A stretch of DNA of 64,000 nucleotides from Welwitschia mirabilis. Its lineage: Eukaryota. The position numbers were made by a program, and so were the translations under genes. The DNA lies in NCBI GenBank assembly GCA_051453625.1, contig JBOZIK010000001.1, forward strand, positions 16,612,135-16,676,134. Direction: 5' to 3'. Numbering within the stretch: the stretch's first letter is position 1; each line of letters begins with the position of its first letter. Under the pieces are notes generated by a model, which saw only the letters and a program-made list of their open reading frames with translations, was not told the origin of the DNA and made no database searches. Shown piece after piece: positions 12,875-27,922 of the stretch.

Positions 12875-15800
12875 TTAGATAATGGCAAGAGGAAGGTTAA
12901 CGTCATTGAGAAGAGCTTCTAAGATAAGTTCTTTTATCATGTTCAAGGTTTTGTTAGTAGATAACTCATAAATTTTTAACTGTTATCCATTTACTTTTTA
13001 AATTTCCTTAGTATTTGGATCGAAGACTTTAACTGAGTCATTATAATACATTTTTTCTATAAGATAAGAACCTAATCATTCAGAGGTTAACTTATTCTAT
13101 AAAATTTGTACTCGAGTATTGTATGAAAAAATAAGTTAATAAGGTTTAAATTACTTATGGAAAATCTTTTGTCATGTTTATACTTAGCTTGGGCTTTATG
13201 AATGTGTTGATAATGTATGACATGAGTATGTTTTTCATCTAAATGGTCAAGCTGGGCAAATTGAGTTCTCAGATTTTTGTCCAAGTCTACAAGTTTAAGT
13301 TGATGGGTGGATTAATAAGAGTTATAGTAAACATCAACTAGCAAGATAAAAATGTTTCTATACATAAGTCAGATGGTGAAAAACCTAAATAGTTATTCCA
13401 AGTAGTACATAAGATCAAAAAACATCATTAAGTTTATAGAACCATGTTTTTTTATTAACAGAGACTAATTTTTAAAGCATCTTCTTAATTTCTCTATTGG
13501 TGTTTTAAGTTTGACCATTAGTTTGGGGATGATAAGCATATGTACTTCTATGTTCAATGCTAATAGATAAAAGAAGTTTTTGAAAAAAGTAATTAATGAA
13601 ATAAGTTTCTTGATGATGATTCTTAGAAAATTAAAACATTGAAAGATATGAGTTTCGACAAAATTACAAATAGCTTAGGCATTATTTTTGGTAGTGAAAA
13701 TAGCTTTGACCCATTACAAACATAATAAATGATTACTAGGATGTAATTAGGGCCTATAAAGTTAATCCTCTAAAAATCAAAAGATTCACATTCAAACATA
13801 GGTTTAAGGGGCATATATTGAGAATAAGTAAGGCTACCATAACATTGACAGGCATCACACCTTCTAGCAAAGTTAAATGAGTTTTCCAAAAGAGCGGGTA
13901 AATAAAAACAAAAGTAAAGAATTTATATGATGGTATTTTAATCACTAAAGTATTCCCCACATACCCAACCATAACAAAGTTTAAGGATTTCTAAGGTTTC
14001 CTACTTAGGCACATACTTACAAATGATTTGATCTTTGCATCTTCTATAAAGATGGAGTTCATTCCATTCATAGTCACTGATACTATAGAGAAACAATTTG
14101 CATTGGTTATGGTTTTAATGCTAAAGTGCCTTCATATAATAAGGTAATTCATAATATTAGCATACTAAGGAGCAAAATGAGTAGAAAAAATGGCATAAAG
14201 TTACTCAATAGTAAATAGTTATTCATTGGGAAAGGAGTTGTTTATTGGAAGTTCATTATGAGAATAAGAAAGTCAAGATAAGTGATCTGCAATGCTATTA
14301 TGTTTTTTAGCTTATCAATGAGGGTGAGATTAAATTCTTGCATGAGAATGATCCACCTAATAAGTCTATCACTGAAATATTTCTTAGTCATAAGGTAGCG
14401 TATGACAACATGATCTATGTAAACATTGATATGAAAGCTAAGAAGATAATGTTAAATATGATCAAGGTAAAAGATTATAGCAAGCATTTCTCTCTTATTA
14501 GTAGTCTAGTTGGATTAGACTTTGGACAAATTTTTACTAAGATAGGATATAACTTTAAAATCATTTTCATTTTTTTGGCCAAGAACCCCACCCACAGCAA
14601 TGCTACTTGCATCATATATGAGTTTAACATATTTAGTCTAATTAGGACTCATGATAATAGGTTCATAAGAAATGTTTTTATTAAGTGTATTAAATGAAAT
14701 TTAACATGAATTGTTCCAATCAAGTTTAGCATCATTTTCAAGTAATAAGTAAAAGGATTTACAAACCTTAGTATAATTATGAATAAAATGATGATAAAAA
14801 CTAGCATAACCAAGGAATGATCTAACTTTTTTGACATTAGTTGAAGGGCTAAGGTTTTTAATGATATTAACTTTTATAAGGTCCATCTTAACACCTTCCT
14901 TTCAAACGTGGGGACCTGAAATAAATCCATATTTGATAAGAAGCAAATCCTTTTTCTAACGTAAATTTGGTCATTCTCTATATGTCAAACTAATACTTTC
15001 TCTAATCTTTAATTTCTATGGTTTATTCAAAGGTTTTACTAAAGATGGAGAAGTCACCCATAAAGATTTCAATAGAATCCTCTATCATGTTATAAAAAGT
15101 CCCCATCATTACTCATTGGAAAGTTCCAATGGAACTACAAAGTTTAAATAAGATTCATATAAAGGTAAAGGTTCTAAATGGTAAGGTAAAGTTATTTTGG
15201 CTTGGTCTTCACTTGCTATGCAAACCTGATTATAGCCACTATACCCATTAATAAATCAATAGTAGGTATGGGCTTGGATTTTTATCAAGTACTTAATCAA
15301 GAAAGGGTAAAGGGAAATGACCCTTTTTAATGACTACATTAAGTTTTCTAAAATCAATGTACATTTTTCATTTTCTATTCTTTTTTACAACTATTATTAG
15401 GGCTAACCCACTTATTATCGGATATAGAATATATGATCTTGGTATTCATACATTTAATAATTTCATCTTTAACTATTTTCTTAAAGGCTAGGTTGAGCCT
15501 TCACTAAGGTTTTCTAATAGATTTAGCATTATCCTTAAGGTAAATTTTGTATTAGACCAGAAAAGAAGGATGGAAGCTAAGTCTTTATGGGTCCAAGCAA
15601 AGGCATATTCTTTAAAAGTTAAGAATGAGATCAAGTTGGATTCTTATTAAGAGTTAAGAAGATTACTTATTAATAAGGGTTTTTTAGATTATTAAATGGA
15701 AAAATGTATTTCAAACCTTTAGGCAATCCTTGAAGTTCTAAGTTGGAATTTTCAACTATTGTTCTATCTATCATGAGGATGACAAACATGGAATGACACC

Positions 15801-16657
15801 CTTCAAAAAGGTTTTTTGATGAGTAAGCATGTTGGATTTTCTCTCAGTTAATGTATTCCTTATTCTTAGGCTTAAGCTAGTGTATTTTAGTTGGATTATC
15901 ATACAAAGTTGGTTCTTGTAGCATTATCAATCTCTCCTCAATTGGCCGATGTTGTAAAAATAAGGTTGGTTAAATTCTTCTTCTAAGTTAAACTAATCTC
16001 TTATGTCCTTTTCAGTGGTATTAAAAACTTGAATGGTGAACTTCTTATTTTCTAGATGACATTCCATCATTTTAGTTTGTGTGTCAATAATATAGTGGGC
16101 AGTTATATAAAAGGCACTTCCTAAGAGTAGTGGATAACCTCCATCATGTTATACCTCAATGATGACTACATCTATGGGGTAAAAAGATTCCTCTATTTGA
16201 ATGACTATAATCCATAAGGGTTTCTTAATTAAAGTATTAGCTAGTTCTAAGATAATACTTGTAGGCTCTATTATGTTATCCAAGCCAAGTATTTTATGTA
16301 TATGAAGAGGCATGATGGTTACACTAGTTCCTATGTTCATTAAAGCCTTTCAAATTATTTTGTTTCCTTCCAAAGTGATACTTACTGTTGCTACTCCAGG
16401 TTCTTAAATTTAGGACACTTTTTCATGACTAAGTTGAAAATAGATTAAGCAAGAAAAATTTTACTAGGAATGATATGTTTTCATTTTCTTCTTACTATGT
16501 CTTTCCACAACTTAGAGTACTTAGTATTTTCTTGTAAGAGTTTTCAAAAAGATAAGTTGATATTTACCTCTTACATCAAGGTTTCAAAGTGTTCATCATA
16601 GGTAGGATTTGTATTTGACCTATCAAGCTAAGGAGTAGATGGTTTCTTCTCTTTGTT
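12875..16657 (-). pseudogene. pol: Decayed gag(3' part)-pol: protease, RT, RNase H, integrase
   Basis: ORF fragments IGTSVTIMP...LELAN (PR), NVKKVRSFLGYASFY (RT/RH), QFAQLDHLDEK...KAQAKYKHDK (INT); many stops and frameshifts. Confidence 0.9.
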
Positions 16658-16757
16658 NNNNNNNNNNNNNNNNNNNNNNNNNNNNNNNNNNNNNNNNNNN
16701 NNNNNNNNNNNNNNNNNNNNNNNNNNNNNNNNNNNNNNNNNNNNNNNNNNNNNNNNN

Positions 16758-17480
16758 AAAAATTTGTTTACTGCTTAATGGCTTGAGTTCCTCTTATTAT
16801 TATGTTCTTACATGAAATTATCTCTTCATTTGCTTATACCTTCTATGTACTTGGTAGAAATGTTTCCTAGTGTAAGGAAACCATTTTGAATGGGTGTTAT
16901 GAGCACATATGAGACATATTATTCTTTACATTTTACTCCATCTTAAAATGATTTCATAAGTTAAAAAATCATTTATTATCTAATGTAACACTACTTTCAT
17001 GATAAAGAACTCCTTCTTAAATCTATCATTTTTTTTACTCATTCATATCATAGTAGCTTCAATTCTTTAATAAGAGGTTATAGGTATACATAAATATCTT
17101 TACCTATTTGATTAGGATAAGGTATTAATAAAGAAAGCCTCAAATAAGACCTTTTCATGCATAGCCAAGATGGTAAGTTGTAAAAAATTATCATAACTAA
17201 TTATTAACTATAATAAGTGGTAATCATTTAAAAAAGGATTAAATTCATTTATCATAATACAAATCTTATGTTTTTAGGATTTAATTTAAACTCAACATAT
17301 GATTCATTAATATTCATTTATGAAATAGAATCTATTAATGCTACATTATGCTATGATCCCTCTACCTTTTGGAATTCCATATCATATGTTTTGCTATTGT
17401 GGGTGATGCATAAAGCCTTAATCTTAAACTTAATAAAACATATTATGACACTTTGGTAAATAATTGTTTGTCTAGCTTAT
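16758..17480 (-). pseudogene. CACTA (En/Spm) Tnp2-type transposase remnant
   Basis: Manual minus-strand translation gives VMIIFYNLPSWLCMKRSYLRLSLLIPYPNQIGKDIYVYL*PLIKELKLL* and VLH*IINDFLTYE...RWS...ICLIC, matching the Transposase_21 motifs YNLPPWLCMK, PGPKQPGNDIDVYLQPLIEEL and INDFPAY. Confidence 0.85.
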
Positions 17481-18725
17481 TATTATAGGGTGAATTATGC
17501 AATCTTTAAGTCCTAAGGCAAAACCTGTAGATCACAATACTTGCAAAAAAACACAAACTAGTATAGACAAGAGTCAACCCTAATATCATAATTCATTGAA
17601 GGCACTAAGCTAGAAGTTAGAGATTTGATTTCATAAAATATTTTTATCTTTTCTATTTTAGTAGATAAAAATAAACAAAAATGTAAATGCAATGTAAGAA
17701 ATAATGATGAAATGCAAACAGATGAAGGATGAATCTAGTTGACTACTAATTCTTCTATCATCAAGATTGTCCCTTATAACTTAGATCAATTAGAAAGAGT
17801 TTATCACTTATTCTTAATTAACAAAAGCTATAAGTTATGCCAAATAGAATATACATGATGTAAATATGAAATGGAATAAAATGAAATAAAATGAAAGATA
17901 TAAACTAATATTGTTAACCTTAATGAAGGTTGCCCTTATGATCTAAAGAAACTACAAAGTTGTCACCAAATCATTATCAATTAAATCATAAGGGATATTT
18001 ACCCAATAGGAGTGAAAAAAGTTCTTGAATTAATGATCAATTTAACATCCACTTACAACAAAGTAGTAGCACCTTAATAGAGGACACTCAACCTAACAAC
18101 AAGGTAATCTTCTCTCTATAGCTAATGAATGTATCTCTTGTCCTTCAAACTTTCACCATAATAATATCAAGTCCAAAAGATAGAAATGGAAGTGAAGGTA
18201 AAAGGGGGTATTTATAATTTTACATTAAAGTTCTAGAAGCAAAAATCTAAAGTTGGAGAAGAAAAGTTAGTAACCCACATGGGTCGCTTGACCCCATAAA
18301 AAAAATAATTCTTTCCATCCATGAAAAACAATTGTCATGTTAACTATCGTGGGGACGATACTAGAAATAATACTCTATAATAAAAGGTTATTCCATTAGC
18401 TTCATGCCCTATAGTTAAATCCATAACTTTAGTTCATATTAGGAGTAGTGTCTGCCTACCTGTCGTGGGAATGACAAAGGGGATGATAAGTTTTTTAATT
18501 TTCTAGCTCAAAGGGAAAAAGGTCTTCTACATTGTTAATCTTGCCTTCAAGGCATGAAGTATCATAATTAGCCTAAGATACCTCCAAATATGTCAAGAAT
18601 TAAATGTTTTAGTGATCATTTCATAAATTCTCCATAATCATGAAAATTACATCTAAACCTGTATAAATATCCTGCAAAAGTACTGAAAATATTCCATCAA
18701 AATCCTATAAATTAGCGTCACAACA
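17481..18725 (-). mobile_element. Athila-type LTR B (3'-terminal LTR of the array)
   Basis: tattatagggtgaattatgc...cacaaca; left flank is CACTA sequence with no PBS; followed by tagtcccc (PPT, minus). Confidence 0.85.
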
Positions 18726-20827
18726 TAGTCCCCTAGTTAGCCTTATTAGTTCATAACAAAGTAAGCAATCAATTGTATTATAAACCAATTTGACTAGGAT
18801 AACTACTAAAATGTTAATTGAGTTCAAAAATTTTTTACCACATAGGAATAAACATCAAAAACCAATTAACTACCATGAATATTGACATATTCATTAGCCC
18901 CTTGCTTAAAACACATTGCAATATAATAAATGAATGTCATACACATGAAAAATCATAAAATGTAATAATGCTGGCTTTATAAAATGATGATGTTTATGCA
19001 TAATTTGAGATAGTAATACTAAAACTGATGGGTAAAAACTCAATAGTAAGAACTCAAATTGATGCATATAAGTACATTAAGGTATTCTATAAAGGATGAA
19101 GTACAAAGAGTGATCATAACATTTTTTTCTTGTTTATGATGCTTTAGATGTTCTAAATCATAGCTATAGGAAAACTCTGTGATTATGCTACTATGATCTT
19201 GCTAGATAATGTTCATAAAAAATTATTCAAGTAATATGAAATCATATCCAAACAAACTCATCATAAATATGTATCATGAAAGCTCAAAAATGATCAATTT
19301 AAAATTAAAATTTTTGTAGCTCAAAAAGATGTCTTATTCCCCTATAGATGAATCAATATGTCCTAGATTACAATAGAACTAAAGCAATTATTATTGTTCT
19401 ATCTATCGTGATGATGATAGATGTGGGACAACACTCATCAAATGATATGTTGAAAGGATAGAAAAAACTAGAAAAATGGAAACAACAATCAAGCATGAGA
19501 AAATAATCAAAAATTTAGGGAGATGGTAAAATGTAAAGAATTATCCTTAAAAACATGATTATGGCAAAAAACAACTTATGTGAAAATGACTTTAATGAGA
19601 AAAGAGTGAAACCATAGCAATGCACTAAGTAAAAAGAAGCAATGCTCAAAAGAAGTCCTCAAATGTATAAGAACTCAGTAAGAATAGAAAAGTAAGAAAC
19701 TAAAACTCAAAAGAAAAAGTATCATCATTACCTATCAAAAACAAAAACAACCCTCATGGATAAAAAATATGAGTAATATTAATAAGAAACTACTAAATGA
19801 TCAAATCCAAAATATTATATTAAAAACTATAAAAATGACATTAAGGAATCCAATAAAATAGCTAAAGGAAAATAAAAAGTAAAAATGGACAACTAAGAAC
19901 ATAAAGAAGATTGTTTTACCTACCTAAATTCTAATCTAATAAATTCCCTTAGTAAAAATCATAAAATTACCTAATGAAAAATGCATAAAGTATGTAAAAA
20001 CTCATAAAGTAACATTCAAATAGGTAATGATTATGACAATGTCAAGTATGTCTAATGTTGTCAAACAATGAATGATAAGATTAAAAGCTATTTAGACATG
20101 AACGCACTAGCTCACACATTAAAATAACACTAGAATCTAAAAAATTAGAATGATCATGTAAAATTACTATATGAAAAAAAAGTTTAGAAAATAAGCAATA
20201 CCTCTAATAATACCAGGGACATCATTAATCCCATAGCCTCTAATTTAAAAAAATTATTTTTCCATTGTGAGGGAAAGGCAACCACTGTTAGAGAAGTAAG
20301 AACCCACATAGCATGGCCAAATGATACCTCAGTGGAGTTTCCAAAGTTATCATATCATACTATTAAAGGTTTATATTAGAAAAATTTTCCTCAATGCACT
20401 TGTGGTAGGACATCATAGTGATCATAGTTTTAGTACATATATGAAAGATCATAGTCTTTAGTTTTTTCTTTTCTTTTTCTCTTTGTTCCTCTTTTTTTTT
20501 TTCCTTTGGGGGATGAAAAGATTCCATATGATCAAGGACTTGCAAGGATAAAAGTAAAGTAATAAGATGAGAAACATGTAAGAGCATGCAAAAATAACTA
20601 AATACTCACACCATTAAGAGAGAATAAAACAACCAAGGCATCTTCCTTCTAAATGATGTTCATAAACATTCGAAATTTTTAAAATTAGGTAAATCTAATC
20701 TTATCATTTTAAAATGCCCAAGTAAAATATTACTAATCATGATGACTTCATAAAGTAATACATAAGTCAAGTAAAGATGTTTAGGTAATAGCATAATATC
20801 TACCTAAGGAAATAATTAAGAAGAAAT

Positions 20828-23800
20828 TTAGACAATGATAGGAAAAAAGTCCTTCTCATTAAGAGGTGTTTCAAAGATAAGTGCTTCTATTATGTTCAAG
20901 ATTTCATCAGTTGATGACTGATAAAATTTTTACCTTTGTCCTCTAAATTTTTGAATTTCAATAGTGATTAGATCAGAGATTTTAATTGAGCCATTAGAAT
21001 GAACTTTTTCTATAAGATAAGGATCTAACCATTTAGAGGTTAACTTGTTGTGTAAAAGGTTTACTTGAATATTGTATAAAAGGACACATTGACTAGGTTC
21101 AAATTACTTATGAAGAATCTTTTTATCATATTTGAACTTGGCTTGGACTTTATGAATGAGTTGAGAATATATAACATGAGTATGTTTTTCATCTAAATAA
21201 TTAAGTTGGAATAATCAAGTCTTAAGATTTTTGTTCAAGTTTACAAGATTAATTTGATGAATGAATCAATAGGAGTTATAGCAAACATCAACTAGCAAGA
21301 TACAAACCTTCTCGTACACAAGTTCATATTATTAAAAATCTAAAGAGTTTTGTCAAGTAGTACAGCAAGCCCAAATAACATTATTAAGTTTAGAGGACCA
21401 AGTTTCTTATTAATAAATACTAATTTTTGGAGCATATTTTTAATTTCTCTATTCACATTTTAGCTTGGCCATTAGCTTATGGATGAAAAGCACATGCAAT
21501 TCTATGTTTAATTCTAATGGATAAAAGAAGTTTCTTAAAAATGTAATTAACAAAATGAGTTTCTTGATTACTAATGATGATTTTAGGAAAACCAAAATGT
21601 TGAAATATATTAGTTCGAACAAACTTACAAATAGTTCAGGCATCATTCTTGGTAATAGGAATAGCTTCAACCCACTTAGTAACATAATCAACGATCACTA
21701 GGATGTAATTTTTATCATGAAAATGTGATTTTATAGGGCCTATAAATTTAATCCCCTAACAATCAAAAGTTTTACATTCAAGAATAGGTTTAAGGGGCAT
21801 ATCTTGAGAATGAGTTAGGCTATCATAATGTTGAAAAGTATCATACCTTCTAGAAAAGTCAAATGAGTCTTTAAAAAGGGTTGACCAATAAAAACCAAAG
21901 TGGAGAAATTTTAATCACTAAAGTATCCCCTACATATCCAACCATGTTAAAGGTTAATAATTTCTAATTTTTTCCATTTAAGCATTCATTTGCACATGAT
22001 TTAATCTTTACATATTCTATAAAGATGGGATTCATTCCACTCATAGTTACCAATCCTATGAAAAAAAGATTTGCATTGGCTATGGTTTTAATGCTAAGGT
22101 GTTTTCATACTAATAAGGTAGTTCAAAATATTAGCATATGAATGAGCAGGATGAGTAGAAGATATGGCATAAAGTTATTTTACAACAAATAGTTATTCAT
22201 CTAGAAAGGAGTTATTCATGGAAATTTCATCATGAGAATAAGAAAATTGAAATAGACAACCTGCAATGCTATTATGTTTTCTAGCTTTATTAAAGATGGT
22301 AAGATTGAATTCTTGCATGAGAAGAATCCACCTAATAAATCTGGCACTATAATTAGTTTTAGTCATAAGATAGCACATAGCTGCATGATCTATGTAAACA
22401 TTAATGTGGAAGCTAAGAAGATAATGCCTAATATAATTAAGAAAAAAGAAGACGGTAAGCATTTCCCTTTCAATAGTGGTTTAGTTGAATTGGGCTTTGG
22501 ACAATGTTTTACTAAGGATATAACTTTAAAATTATTTTCATATTTTTGACCAAGAACCCCGCCCATAACAATGTTGCTTGCATCACACATGATTTTAAAA
22601 TATTTAATCCAATCGAAACCCATGATAATAGATTCAAAATAAATGTTTTCCTTAAGTGTATCAAATTCAAGTTGATATGAATTGTTCTAATCAAATTTAG
22701 CATCTTTTTTGAGTAATGAGTAAAGGGGTTTACAAAACTTAGCGCAATCATAAATAAAATGCTAATAACAATTAGCATGATAAAGAAATGATCTAACTTC
22801 TTTGACATTAGTTAGAGAACTAAAGTTTTTAATAATATCAACTTTTATAGGATCCATCTTAATCCTTTCCTTTAACATGTAATAATCTAAAACAATTCCA
22901 TATTTCATAAGGAGAAAACTCTTTTTCCAACTCAAATGTAGGTCACTCTTTATACATTGATTCAAGATTTTCTCTAATCATGCTATGGTTTATTTAAAGG
23001 TTTCACAAAAGATTGAGAAGTCATCCATAAAGATCCTTATCATTACTTGATGGAAAGTTTTAGAGGCATTGTAAAATCCAAAAGGCATTTGTCTAAAGAC
23101 AAAGGTTCTGAAGGATGAAATAAAGGTTGTTTTAGCTTGGTTTTCACTTACTATGAAAACTGGATTATAGCCACTCAAAAAAACAATAGTAGGCATGACC
23201 TTGGATTATATTAAGAACTTGATCAAGAAAGAGTAAATGGAAATGATCCTTTTTAGTCATCTCATTAATTTTTCTAAAATTAATGTAGATTCTCCATTTC
23301 CCATCCTTTTTTGGAACTATTGTCAAATGACTAACCTACTCCTTGTTGGAATAGCATAGATGATCCTAGCATCCATAAGTTTAATAATCTCATCTTTAAC
23401 TACTTGCTTAAGGACTATATTAAGCCTTTGTTGGTATTTCCTAATAGGTTTAGTATTATCCTCAAAGTAAATTTTGTGTTAAACTATGGAAAGAGGAATG
23501 ATAGATAAGTCTTTATGAGTTTAATAAAAGGCAACTTCATTAGAAATTAGGAGTGAGATCAAGTTAAATTTTTATTGAGAAGTAAGAAGGTCACTTATTA
23601 TCAAAGGTTTCTTTAGATTATTGAATAGAAAAATGCATTTTAGACCTCTAGGAAATTTCCTAAGTTTGAAATTGGAATTTTCAACTATCATCCTATCTGT
23701 TATGAGGATAATAGACATGGAACAACATTCTTCAAAAAGGTTTTCTAATGAATAAGCATATTGAGTTTCCTTCTAGTTAACATATTCCTCATTCTCAGGT

Positions 23801-26238
23801 TCAAGATAGTGTATTTTAGTTATGTCATCATATAAAGCTTGTTTCTGTATCATTATCGATCTCTCTTTATGTTATAGAAATAAGGTTGGTTTAAGTTCTT
23901 CTTCTAATTGAAATCATATCCTATGTCCTTTTTAGTGGCCTTAAAAACTCGAATGATGAACTTCTTAGTACCTATATGACATTCCATTATTCTGGTATTT
24001 GTATCAATGATACAGTAGGCATTTGCACAAAAGGATCTTCCTAAGAGTAGTGGATAAGATCCATCATATTCTACCTCAATGATAACTACATCTATAGGAT
24101 AAAAAGCTTCCTCAATTTGGATGACTAGGTCCTTGATAATTCATAATGGTTTCTTAATTAATGTATTAGCTAATTCCAAAACAATTTTTATAGGTTTTGT
24201 TCTATTTTCTAATCCAAATCTTTTACATATGTGAAGAGGCATATGTTTACACTAGCTCCTAATCAATTAAAGCTTTTTTAATTCTTTTGTTTCTTTCAAA
24301 AGTGATACTTACTATTGCTGCTCTAAGGTCCTTGAATTTAGGATACTTTTTCATGACCAAATTGGAAATAGATTGAGCAAGAAAAACTTTTCTATGAATG
24401 GTATGTTTTTATTTCCTTCTCACTAGGTGTTTCTACAATTTAGAATATTTATAATTTTCTTACAAGAATTTCCAAAAAGGTAAGTTGATGTTTACCTGTT
24501 ACATCAAGGTCTTCAAGTATTCATAAAAGGTAGGATTTTTATTTAGCCAATCAAGCCAAGGAGTAAATAGTTTTATCCCTTTCTTTTCTTATGAAGAATT
24601 TTTAGTGGAGGTTTTAGCGTGTGATTGTTGATGGAAAGTTATATGAGTCCAAAATTTCTACATCATCTTTTTCATTATTTTTTACATTATTTTGAAAGTT
24701 GAAACCTTATGAGTAGAAGGTGTTGTATTATTTTTACTTCTTGCTATTACCTTTAGATCTCTCTTGACTTTATTTGGATTGGATAAAGGTTGAGATGCAA
24801 GAGACTCTTATGGTATTTGATTGGCAAGCATCATTTGTTAAATCACATTCACTAAGTTTTCAATATTATTACTAGTCTTTTCAATATTACTTTTAGTCTT
24901 TTCTTGTACCTTTATTAATTCTTCTATAAAATCTCTAAGTGGATCATGAGTTATAAGTTTGAATTCATAAATCTATTTTAAATTACATTGTGAATATCCA
25001 CCTAATCTTTGTTAAAATTATGGTTGGCTTTTAAAGTTAGGTTTTCTTTGGTTAAATGCACAAACTTCCTCAAACACCTTCTCTTTACAAGTTGGCAAAA
25101 AGGGACATTCCTTAGTTGGATAAGAGTTCTCTTCATAAATTTTACAAGTTGAAGTTGTATTTTTATCTTTTACTACCTTTGCATCAACTATCAATTGAGT
25201 GTACTTCTCTAAGTGATAGTGAAATCCTTAATTAATTTGATTGAATCACCTCTCTCTTCTTTTTTTTCATGTTTTAATTCCTTTTAAGTCTTTTATGATT
25301 TGTCTTATAGTTTGATTTTTCTTAGTGGGTTTTTACCAAGTTTGACTTAATACAAGTAGATCTTTCAATACACTCCATGCATCTTCTAAGACTAAGTTCA
25401 TCAAGTTGCCATCACAAGAAAAGTCTATAAGTTGTTTAGTTTGACTATTCAATCCACTATGGAAATAATAAATTAATTCTTCTTAATAGAATTCATCAAC
25501 ATGGTTGAAATGGTCAGCTATGATAAAATGTTCATATATTATGACATAATCTTTGTGAGGTTATTGTTGAAAGTTGTTAACTTCCTTTATTCTTTTTCTC
25601 ATGATACTTTCACTTATAAATCATTTAATAAAAACTTTTTGCACTTGATTCCATGATTTAAGACTCCTATGTGAAATGGTTTTAAGCCAAATTTTTCCCT
25701 TTCTCTAAGTGTGACTAAAAAAATAATTATGTAAGTATGATCACTAATATGTTTTTTTTCATTTAAGTACAAGTTATTCAATATCAGCTAGATGTTGAAA
25801 AGGGTCCTTTTTAAGTTCCCAAAAAAAGTTAGATAGGCACTTAAATTTCTTAATTCTACATCATCATCAGGAGATAAATCAAAAGGATTTTTGACTTCAT
25901 ATTTTTTATTACTGAGTAAATATCTAAAAGTAATGTTTGCATTTTAAGTAGAAATTCCTATTACAATTGGTGTATTCAACAAAGTAACTTGCTTTATAGT
26001 TGAATAAGAAATAATATGATCTACTTTTATGCTACAATTTTCTTTTGCAGAATCTAATTCTAAAATAATAAAAGCAAAAAAAAAAAAAAAAAACTTCTTC
26101 TTCAATTCTTGAAATTTACATGTCTAGAATGTGTGTACTTATAGTTTTCTCAAAGTTTAATAATCCTTCTTTGATATTATCTTTAATCAAGATTTGCTCT
26201 CTTTGATATTTTATCTTTCTATTAGAAGTTATCATATC
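20828..26238 (-). pseudogene. gag-pol: Decayed gag-pol of copy B
   Basis: FRQMPFGFYNA...IFMDDFSIF (RT, ORF 22990-23196), MCDASNIVMGGVLGQ and YIDHAA...RWILLMQEFNL (RNase H), KLTSKWLDPYLI (INT tail). The 5' boundary is approximate. Confidence 0.9.
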
Positions 26239-26682
26239 CCTGCATAAATTAGATAATAAATAAAAAATAAAATAAAAATAAATAACTATCATCCACTAAG
26301 TCATGGGGGTAACAAGAGAGATAACAAGCATAACAATTGAAAACTAAACTCAAGTAAAAATTACCATAAGTAAAAAAACAAATCATCATTGAGGCTATCA
26401 TGGGGATGACATAGAAGATGATAGTCTTTTATTACTAATTCATAAACAAAAATAAAATTTGTATAAAGGAAAATAAATTAAAAAATTCAAAATTGTCATT
26501 CCTAATATCATTAGAATGATAGAGAGGAAGACAATGGCCTTTAAAACTATAAAAAATAAAAATTGCAAAAATAAACCTACTTAAACTATGCTAAAAATAC
26601 AATACTACTTCAAATAAATAATCTGAACTAAAATTTAGGGTACTTATCTGGAAAGTGACAACCCTCCAGCTTCTTGTGGCCT

Positions 26683-26700
26683 TCCTTAGCAATAGCACCA
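26683..26700 (-). promoter_or_regulatory. Degenerate Athila-type (tRNA-Asp) PBS
   Basis: Minus strand tggtgctattgctaagga differs from TGGCGCCGTTGCCGGGGA only by C>T/G>A transitions; 3 nt from the LTR end. Confidence 0.85.
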
Positions 26701-26703
26701 AAA

Positions 26704-27922
26704 TGTTGTAGTGTGAATTTATGAAATCTTTAAGTTCTCAGATAAAACCTATAAATCATAATACTTACAAAAAACACACACTAGTATAGATGAAAGTTAA
26801 ATCAAATGTAATAATTTATTTAAGGCATTAGGCTATAAGTTAGAGAATTGATTTCATAAAGTATTTTTAATCTTTTCTATTTTTGTAAATGAAAGTAAAT
26901 AAGAATGTAAATGCAAATACAAAATGAATGATGGTGAAATGAAAATGGATGGAATGTAACTGAGATGAGCTCTATTTGTATTCTAGTCCTTCTATCACAA
27001 AAACTAGTTCTTTATAATTTAGATCAATTAGGAAGAATGTATCACTTATTCTTAATGAACATAAACTATAAGATATCCTCTATATAATATGCAAATATAA
27101 AATGGAATAAGGTAAATCCAATGCAAAATCTAAGCTAATAAAATCAACCTTAACAAAGGTTGTCCTTATAATCTAAATAAACTATAAAACTATTACTTAA
27201 CTATAATCAATGTAAAAGATAAGGAACATTTACACAATAGTAGTGAAAAGAATAATTAAATTAATCATAAACTTTTACATCCACTTATAAAAAAGTAACA
27301 CCACCTTAATAGAGGATACTTAGCCTAGTACCAAGGTAAACTTTTCTCTTTTCCTTCAATCTTCTATCACAAGGACATCAAATATAAAAAATAGAAAAGA
27401 AAATAAAGAAAAGATAAAATATTTATAGTTTTATATTGAAGTTCTAGAAGCTCAAATCTAAGACTTGGAGAAGGAACCTTAGTAGCTCATATGGTTTACA
27501 TGACCCTATTATATGATAATTCTTTCCATTCATAGAAAATAGCTATCATCCTAACTATCATGGGGATGACAATGGGGATATCACTCCACATGAAAAATGT
27601 TTCATTAGCTTTAGGCCCTACAATCAACTTCGCAGGCTTCATCCACATCAATAATGCTATCTTCCTTTCTATTGTGAGGATGAGAGAGGGGAAGATAGGC
27701 TTCTCCATCTTCTATCTCAAATAGAAGTCAGTATTCTACATGGTAAATTCTTCTTTCAAAGTATAAAGTATTAGAATAAGCTTGAGATTCCTCTAAAAAT
27801 GTTGATAATCACATGTTTCAATGATCATCATATTAGATCTCCATAATCATTAGAATTGCATTCAAACTTGTATAAATGTCCTACAAAAGTACTCAAAATT
27901 TCTATAAATTAGCATTACAACA
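26704..27922 (-). mobile_element. LTR C, shared between two tandem units
   Basis: tgttgtagtgtg...tacaaca with a PBS on the left and tagcccttta (PPT) plus the next unit's 3' region on the right. Confidence 0.9.

Larger units (their letters stand above)
9176..16657 (-). mobile_element. Athila-type Ty3/Gypsy retrotransposon copy A, 5' part lost in N gap
   Basis: LTR, ~2.4 kb 3' region, then INT-RH-RT-PR remnants reading on the minus strand. Confidence 0.85.
17481..27922 (-). mobile_element. Full-length, gap-free, degenerate Athila-type element, copy B (LTR-internal-LTR)
   Basis: Two ~1.2 kb LTRs, PBS at 26683-26700, gag-pol remnants and a PPT next to 18725. Confidence 0.9.

Noticed and set aside
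14338-14697. Plus-strand ORFs recurring opposite pol (also 22274, 35009, 45618, 60938, 61571)
   Set aside because: Antisense shadows of pol codon structure; no independent motif or consistent start and stop.
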